Positions 58,083 through 64,000 of a stretch of DNA of 64,000 bases are shown piece by piece (within the stretch, counting starts at the first letter, position 1; every line of letters starts with the position of its first letter). The DNA is from Candidatus Omnitrophota bacterium (GTDB lineage: Bacteria > Omnitrophota > Gorgyraeia > 2-02-FULL-51-18 > JAGOUK01). The position numbers were made by a program, and so were the translations under genes. The notes under the pieces are model-generated. The model saw only the letters and a list, made by a program, of their open reading frames with translations. It had not been told where the DNA came from and made no database searches. Location: the NCBI GenBank assembly GCA_047639455.1, contig JBLINS010000002.1, positions 226 through 64,225 of the forward strand. The letters run 5' to 3'.

Positions 58083-59471
58083 ATGGGTAAGAAAATAATA
58101 AAAGCAACGAATAAAAAAAGTAATCTCAAACTTAAAGAAGATGCTATTAGATTTTTGGTTAACAAAGCACGTCAAGGTGATGTCAAATTCATACGCATTT
58201 GGTTCACTGACATACTTGGGGCGTTAAAGAGTTTTGCGATCACAATAGACGTATTAGAAAATTCTTTAATGGATGGTATTGGCATTGATGGATCAGCCAT
58301 AGAGAGTTTTGCAAGATCTGAAGAACACGATATGGTTGCGATTCCGGATATAAGTACCTTTGAAATTCTGCCGTGGAGACCTAGTGAAAACGCGGTTGCG
58401 CGTATGTTTGCTGATATTCATTATGTGAACAAAAAACCTTTTGAGGGTGACCCGCGTCATTGCCTAAAAAATCAATTGAAGTTGGCTAAGAGTCTAGGTT
58501 ATACATTTTATGTTGCTCCAGAGATTGAGTATTTTTATTTCAAATCTTCAACTAACCCTGAGCCTGTTGATAATGGAGGTTATTTTGATTTAACACCGCT
58601 CGATACGGGCAGTGATTTGAGGCGGCAGACGGTTTTGATGCTCGAAGCTATGGGTATAAGCGTGCACTCTAGTCATCATGAAGTTGCTCCTAGCCAACAC
58701 GAAATTGGCTTAAGACATATGGATGCCATGACTATGGCGGATAATGTCATGACCTATCGACTCGTAGTGAAAGAAATTGCTTTAAAACACGGTTTGCATG
58801 CCACATTTATGCCTAAACCTATTGAAAAGCAAAATGGTAATGGCATGCATATTCACCAGTCGCTATTTGGTGTTTCGAGTAAGGGTGAACACAATGCTTT
58901 CTATGACGCTAAAGATAAATACAGCTTATCAAAAGTCGGACGCAGTTACGTAGCCGGCCTTCTCAAGCATGCCCGCGAAATGGCAATAGTCACAAATCAA
59001 TGGGCTAATTCATACAAACGTCTTGTGAGTGGATATGAGGCTCCAACTAATATACTTTGGGGCCAAAGAAACCGCTCGGCATTAGTTCGCATTCCTATGT
59101 ACCAAAAGGGCAAAGAAAATTCCATGCGCGCAGAGTTTCGTTCCCCTGACCCAGCCTGTAACCCATACCTCGTTTTTAGCGTTATGTTAGCAGCGGGTCT
59201 AAGAGGTATCCAAAAGTCCTATAAATTGGAAGATGCCTTAGAAGAAGACGTAACTCAATGGTCAGCGGATAAGAAGAAACGAACAGGAGTGACGGAGTTG
59301 CCAACTAATTTGGGCGAAGCAATTCGCGTGGCTGAAGATTCTGCTTTTTTACGTGAGGCTTTGGGCGAACACATCACAACCAGCTTAATTGCCAATAAAA
59401 AAATTGAGTGGGACCAATACTGCCGCCATATCTCCCAATACGAAATTCAAAAAGACTTACCTAACCTATAA
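58083..59471 (+). CDS. glnA: Glutamine synthetase
   Basis: GS signatures (GIDGSAIESFAR...; KPIEKQNGNGMHIHQSLF; the downstream ATP/glutamate-binding regions). Confidence 0.85.
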   Translation: MGKKIIKATNKKSNLKLKEDAIRFLVNKARQGDVKFIRIWFTDILGALKSFAITIDVLENSLMDGIGIDGSAIESFARSEEHDMVAIPDISTFEILPWRPSENAVARMFADIHYVNKKPFEGDPRHCLKNQLKLAKSLGYTFYVAPEIEYFYFKSSTNPEPVDNGGYFDLTPLDTGSDLRRQTVLMLEAMGISVHSSHHEVAPSQHEIGLRHMDAMTMADNVMTYRLVVKEIALKHGLHATFMPKPIEKQNGNGMHIHQSLFGVSSKGEHNAFYDAKDKYSLSKVGRSYVAGLLKHAREMAIVTNQWANSYKRLVSGYEAPTNILWGQRNRSALVRIPMYQKGKENSMRAEFRSPDPACNPYLVFSVMLAAGLRGIQKSYKLEDALEEDVTQWSADKKKRTGVTELPTNLGEAIRVAEDSAFLREALGEHITTSLIANKKIEWDQYCRHISQYEIQKDLPNL

Positions 59472-59494
59472 CGCGATTCAAAAGACATTTAGAC

Positions 59495-59630
59495 TACGTC
59501 ACAACAATTCGTCACCGCCTGCCGGCAGGCGAGGCGCGCGTAGGCCGGTTACACTCTAGTTCCACCGGCATTAGGTGTCTCGCTGTGAGGCTCGCACCGT
59601 CACAGCAACGCGGCAATCTAAGCTAAATAT
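59495..59630. repeat. Dispersed repeat-related element with internal palindrome CGCCTGCCGGCAGGCG, between convergent glnA and lpxB
   Basis: The tail GTCACAGCAACGCGGCAATCTAAG resembles the ...GCAGCGCCGTGGCAATCTTAG tails at 22207-22225 and 33603-33620. Palindrome at 59517-59532. Confidence 0.4.
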
Positions 59631-60727
59631 GTAAGTATTTCGTCCGCCGCACGATCACAAGCGCCAACTTCCCCTAGCAACAACACGGAGGCTTTTAAAT
59701 CAGATTTAACAGCCTCATACTTAGTGCCATCCTCAAGCCAATCATTAACGATGGAAGTTATATTGGGTGTAGTGAAGTTTTCTTGAACTAATTCAGGTAC
59801 GATTTCTTTATTAGCTAATATGTTAGGAAGGCCGATGTATTTAGTTTTGATGAGCGGACGCATGATTAAGGAATCAAAAGAGCGCATTTTGTAAACTATA
59901 ACAATAGGTAAGTGATGTACGGCGCATTCTAATGTGACCGTTCCGGAGCTAGCAATACCTATATGTGACTGTTGAATATGATCTGCAGCCCGACCTTCGA
60001 CTAATTCTATGCCATTGGAGACAAAATCCTTATATAGAGCTGCTTTGAGGGCCGGCGCTTTGAGGACTTTGAATATAAGCTCAGGGTGTTTATTTCTAAG
60101 TGCATTAACTGTTTCAATTAAAGTTGCTTGATGGATATGTAATTCATTAGTTCGAGATCCGGGTAGGATTAAGATTTGTTTTACATTAGTGATTGGCTTA
60201 GTATCAGGTATAGCCACTTGATGTTCGGGCATGTCCTTAATCGGATGACCTACAAAGGTGGCGGGGCAATTATGTTTTTTATAAAACTCTTCTTCAAATT
60301 TGAATATAACTAAACATTTTTTAAAAAGTCGACGCATTAAATGAATACGTTTTTGCTTCCAAGCCCAAACTTGGGGACAAATATAATAAATCATGGGAAT
60401 ATTTAATTTGCTAAATTTTTTTGCTAAGCGTAGGTTGAATCCGGGATTATCAATAAAAATAATTAAATCAGGCTTCACTTCCGCCACCTGTCGTTCCACG
60501 TCTTTAAACAATTTAAGGAATTGCGGCAATAGTTTAAGCACAGGCACTATTCCAGTGGCATGCACATGACCTACATCGATAAAAGTTTTGGGGTGGCATG
60601 CTTTGAGGTTGTCACTACCCATGGCATGAATTTCTAATTCGGGCTGCACTTTTTGTAACGCTAAAAATAAATTAGCACCATGGATATCGCCTGAAGATTC
60701 CCCAGTGATGATGAATATTTTTTTCAT
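59618..60727 (-). CDS. lpxB: Lipid-A-disaccharide synthase
   Basis: N-terminal KIFIITGESSGDIHGANL and overall LpxB pattern. Confidence 0.85.
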   Translation of the reverse strand: MKKIFIITGESSGDIHGANLFLALQKVQPELEIHAMGSDNLKACHPKTFIDVGHVHATGIVPVLKLLPQFLKLFKDVERQVAEVKPDLIIFIDNPGFNLRLAKKFSKLNIPMIYYICPQVWAWKQKRIHLMRRLFKKCLVIFKFEEEFYKKHNCPATFVGHPIKDMPEHQVAIPDTKPITNVKQILILPGSRTNELHIHQATLIETVNALRNKHPELIFKVLKAPALKAALYKDFVSNGIELVEGRAADHIQQSHIGIASSGTVTLECAVHHLPIVIVYKMRSFDSLIMRPLIKTKYIGLPNILANKEIVPELVQENFTTPNITSIVNDWLEDGTKYEAVKSDLKASVLLLGEVGACDRAADEILTYLA

Positions 60728-60768
60728 AAGTAATTATAAACTATTAGAACCTCAAGCTGTATATAGCT

Positions 60769-61710
60769 TTATACGAGCGATCCAGTTTTGGACTGAATTT
60801 GATCAAGAATTTGTAGGGCTACGGCTAATGCGGCACGGCCATCACGGCCATCAACTTGTGGTTTGATATTATTGTGAATTGCATGCGTGAATGCTTTGAT
60901 TTCCTCTTCAAGAGGGTTGGTTTTGCGAATATCAACAGGCATATACACAGACTCACTAATTTGTGCGCTTTCTTTGGTAAAAGTTTGCGCTTCTTGCCGG
61001 TAGTAATCGAGTGAAATATAACGCCGCTCTTCAAATATCCTTATTTTCCTAAGCCTTTTTTGAGCCATGCGACTAGCCGTCAAATTTCCTACAGCGCCAC
61101 TCTCGAATAATATTCTCGCATTGGCAAAGTCTTCGCTATCAGAAATAACAGTCATACCCATGGCATGTATTTCTTTAACAGGTGAGTCGGCAAAGTAGAG
61201 CAAGATATCGATATCATGAATCATCAAATCTAATATGACGCCGACATCGCTAATACGGGGGTCGTAAAAACCAATGCGATCACACTCAATATAAATAGGT
61301 TTTTTGACTATTTTTTTGACAGCACTTATTGCGCCATTAAATCGCTCTATATGACCTGTTTGTAAGACTAAGTTCTGTTTTTGAGCAATGTCGATTAAAT
61401 CATCCGCATCTTCAAGTTTGGCGGTTATGGGCTTTTCGATTAATAAGTGGATACCAGCTTCTAATAGGGGCACAGCTACTTTGTGGTGATGAATTGCGGG
61501 TGTGCACACACTTGCGGCATCAACCGCTTTTTTCATGGCTTCTGGGGTTTCAAAAGCTATAACACCTAGGTTATCAGCTAGCTGCTTAGCCTTGTCTGGC
61601 TGAGTATCATAAACTCCCACAAGATTGACATCCGGAATTCGATTATAGATTTCAGCATGACGAGTGCCTAAGACACCACAGCCAATAACGCCTACATTGA
61701 AATTTTTCAT
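60769..61710 (-). CDS. Gfo/Idh/MocA-family NAD(P)-dependent oxidoreductase
   Basis: N-terminal Rossmann motif (VGVIGCGVLGTRHAE...) and the EKP motif (LIEKPIT) typical of this family. Co-directional with and adjacent to lpxB. Confidence 0.75.
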   Translation of the reverse strand: MKNFNVGVIGCGVLGTRHAEIYNRIPDVNLVGVYDTQPDKAKQLADNLGVIAFETPEAMKKAVDAASVCTPAIHHHKVAVPLLEAGIHLLIEKPITAKLEDADDLIDIAQKQNLVLQTGHIERFNGAISAVKKIVKKPIYIECDRIGFYDPRISDVGVILDLMIHDIDILLYFADSPVKEIHAMGMTVISDSEDFANARILFESGAVGNLTASRMAQKRLRKIRIFEERRYISLDYYRQEAQTFTKESAQISESVYMPVDIRKTNPLEEEIKAFTHAIHNNIKPQVDGRDGRAALAVALQILDQIQSKTGSLV

Positions 61711-61788
61711 GGGCGAATTATAACATATAGATCTCTCAAGTACGAGAGCAGGCTATTACTGTGGGACCCGCATGCTATAATATCGGAC

Positions 61789-63609
61789 ATGAAAAACTAC
61801 TTAAGACTTATTAGCTTTGTGAGACCGCATATCAAGATATTGGGCTTAGCTGCTGTATGTATGTTCACGACCACTTTATTCAAGAATTCACCGATAGCCT
61901 TAATCATACCTGTATTTGATCGCATATTTGCCAATAAGCCCATTATTGTCCCTGATCGTCAAAGGTTGCCCCAATTTCTATTAGATGTGATTGACCGTCT
62001 GAATGCTATGGACCCACTAACTTTACTGGGGGCTATTGTGGTGATTTCTGTTGTCATGACTACGGTGTTTGCCATATCACGTTATTTGCAAACTATTTTA
62101 ATGAATGAGGTGGGCCATAGAGTCACTCGTGACATACGTTTACAGCTTTATGCCAAAATGATTCACTTGCCTTTGAGATTCTTCGGCAAACAAAGGGCGG
62201 GGGATTTGGTTTCGCGGATCACTTATGACACGGGTGTGGTGCGAGATGCAATTGCCGAAGGTCTATTGGACGTGATTTTGCAACCCATGGAATTGATTGC
62301 CAATATTGTTATGCTCTTAAGTATACGCTGGGCATTTGGCATACCTTGGTCTTTGGTTTTGATCATAACCGTTGTTTTGCCTTTGGTGGCATATCCTATA
62401 ATTCGGATTGGCAAAGCCCTAAAAAAAATTAGTACCACAGCCCAGAAATCCATGGCCGACATCAACTCGTCTTTATTCGAATCCGTTAGCGGAGTGAGGG
62501 TGGTTAAGGCTTTTGGGATGGAAAGCTATGAAGAAAAACGATTTGCAAAATCGAACCACCATTATTACGCGAGCATGATGAAATTAATTAAACGCAATCA
62601 ATTGATTCAACCTTTGACAGATATAGTGAACGTGATTTGTGGGGCCACGATATTGTGGTTGGGCGGTCGGCTGGTTTTGTCTTCGCAAATGTCGCCGGGT
62701 GCGTTCTTTGCTTTTTCAGCCGCTTTATTTTCTATTTTTCGCCCATTCAAGCGTTTGAGCCGACTCTACGGGATAAATCAAATGGCGCTGGCTGCAGGTG
62801 AGCGCGTATTTGCGATTATGGATGAGCATAATGAGATTCAAGAAATAGAAAAGCCTATTTACTTGCCTGGCATTAAAAAATCTATTCAATATTCTAATGT
62901 AGATTTTGAATATGAAAAGGACCAACCCATACTCAAGAAAATTAACTTTGAATTAAAAGCTGGTCAAATATTGGCCGTTGTAGGATCCAGCGGATCTGGC
63001 AAATCTACGCTATTGAATCTATTACCTCGATTTTATGACCCCATATCTGGAGAAGTGCGCATAGATGGCGTGGCAGTCAATCAAGTCGCCAAACAAAGCT
63101 TGATGAACTTGATTGGTATTGTGACACAAGAAACAATTCTTTTTAATGACACTGTTGCCGCAAATATCGCTTACGGTCAAAGTCATATAGATCAGGCCAA
63201 AATAGAAGAAGCTGCGCGCATAGCTAATGCTAGCGATTTCATTCAAGCTCTCCCCAATGGATATCAAACACGCGTGGGCGATCGAGGCTTTAAGTTATCT
63301 GGAGGCGAAAAACAAAGGATAGCTATAGCGCGTGCCATTTTAAAAAACCCACCCATACTTATGCTAGATGAAGCCACAAGCTCTTTAGATGCAGAGAGTG
63401 AGCAATTGGTCCAAAAGGCCATTCATGAGCTCATGCAAGGTCGTACGGTCTTGGTTATAGCACATCGCTTATCTACTATTAAAGATGCGGATAGAATTCT
63501 TGTTCTAAAAGACGGGTGCATAGTCCAAGAAGGTCAGCATGATGAATTATTGAGTGAAGCGGGCGACTATAAAAAACTTTATGACTTGCAATTCGCTTCG
63601 ACTCAATAG
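61789..63609 (+). CDS. msbA: ABC transporter permease/ATPase of the MsbA (lipid A flippase) type
   Basis: Six-TM N-terminal domain plus NBD with Walker A (GSSGSGKST), the ABC signature (LSGGEKQRIAIARA) and Walker B (ILMLDEATS). Confidence 0.8.
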   Translation: MKNYLRLISFVRPHIKILGLAAVCMFTTTLFKNSPIALIIPVFDRIFANKPIIVPDRQRLPQFLLDVIDRLNAMDPLTLLGAIVVISVVMTTVFAISRYLQTILMNEVGHRVTRDIRLQLYAKMIHLPLRFFGKQRAGDLVSRITYDTGVVRDAIAEGLLDVILQPMELIANIVMLLSIRWAFGIPWSLVLIITVVLPLVAYPIIRIGKALKKISTTAQKSMADINSSLFESVSGVRVVKAFGMESYEEKRFAKSNHHYYASMMKLIKRNQLIQPLTDIVNVICGATILWLGGRLVLSSQMSPGAFFAFSAALFSIFRPFKRLSRLYGINQMALAAGERVFAIMDEHNEIQEIEKPIYLPGIKKSIQYSNVDFEYEKDQPILKKINFELKAGQILAVVGSSGSGKSTLLNLLPRFYDPISGEVRIDGVAVNQVAKQSLMNLIGIVTQETILFNDTVAANIAYGQSHIDQAKIEEAARIANASDFIQALPNGYQTRVGDRGFKLSGGEKQRIAIARAILKNPPILMLDEATSSLDAESEQLVQKAIHELMQGRTVLVIAHRLSTIKDADRILVLKDGCIVQEGQHDELLSEAGDYKKLYDLQFASTQ

Positions 63610-63949
63610 TTGAGTTTATGTGCATTTATATTTAGCTAGCAATAGTTAACAATAACTATCAAAAAAAACATAAGCAACCGAATCAATACCTCAATTTTTT
63701 TTAAACACTTAATATTGAAAAGTTGTTCAATTGAGGTGATTCAAATAGCCATTTTAACTTGTAAATAAGGACTTGCCCTAAGCTAACCAACCCAGTATAA
63801 TACGGCAACTTAGAGCCTACCCCTATAATTATAGATGCTACTCATACGGCCTAAGAATCTATTGGTTTAAACCGATAAAATGTCTTTGTTAATATTCAAT
63901 CAATTTTTTGTGCATTGAGGCTTAAGCCTTGCATGATAAGGAGGAAACT

Positions 63950-64000
63950 TTGTCTCAAGAACTAGCAGATCAATTATTAGAAGCTGGCGTTCATTTTGGA
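63950..64000 (+). CDS. rpsB: Ribosomal protein S2, 5' end only
   Basis: AGGAGG RBS then a TTG start. The translation SQELADQLLEAGVHFG matches the conserved S2 N-terminus. Truncated by the window edge. Confidence 0.65.
   Translation, partial: MSQELADQLLEAGVHFG

Noticed and set aside
1-64000. tRNA / rRNA genes
   Set aside because: No stretch shows the conserved T-loop (GGTTCGAATCC-like) with an acceptor-stem pairing, and no rRNA-like conserved blocks were seen in the non-coding gaps. A tRNAscan-type search is still needed to be sure.

Overview
This is a 64 kb AT-rich window from a Gram-negative bacterium that makes LPS. I could not detect any rRNA, tRNA or CRISPR array.

About half the window is conserved housekeeping genes in recognisable synteny:
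- glmU-prs-rplY-pth
- rpsF-ssb-rpsR-rplI-dnaB
- bamA-skp-lpxD-lpxC-fabZ-lpxA-lpxI, followed by an atypical OmpR-family regulator, glnA, a convergent lpxB and a Gfo/Idh/MocA oxidoreductase, msbA, and the 5' end of rpsB.

The other half looks accessory:
1. Two giant ORFs: 3..7697, which is truncated at the window edge, and 33741..41081, 2446 aa. They share one conserved module and are otherwise divergent. The first carries embedded enzymatic motifs (kinase-like, GHKL ATPase, NUDIX, SAM-methyltransferase). The second has a signal/TM peptide and a Walker-A-like motif. They look like giant secreted effector/toxin-like proteins.
2. A putative O2/NO/redox-stress island (cupin, hemerythrin, globin, a Crp/Fnr regulator with a Cys cluster, a split ferritin-like pair, an HHE hemerythrin-like protein, and nearby CDGSH Fe-S and MsrA proteins). 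It carries two identical perfect CRP-type palindromes, TGTGATCTATGTCACA.
3. A family of short dispersed repeats, at least 6 copies. Two degenerate copies of a longer version bracket a small island encoding two excisionase-family HTH proteins and zinc-ribbon peptides.
4. A perfect 31-bp-arm palindrome embedded in the coding overlap of a DUF4126 membrane protein and MsrA.
5. A cluster of small secreted and membrane proteins.
6. An MTA-nucleosidase-like gene next to a UbiD-family decarboxylase gene, which hints at the futalosine menaquinone pathway.

The organism is not identifiable with certainty from sequence alone. The lineage may be host-associated, but that is inference.
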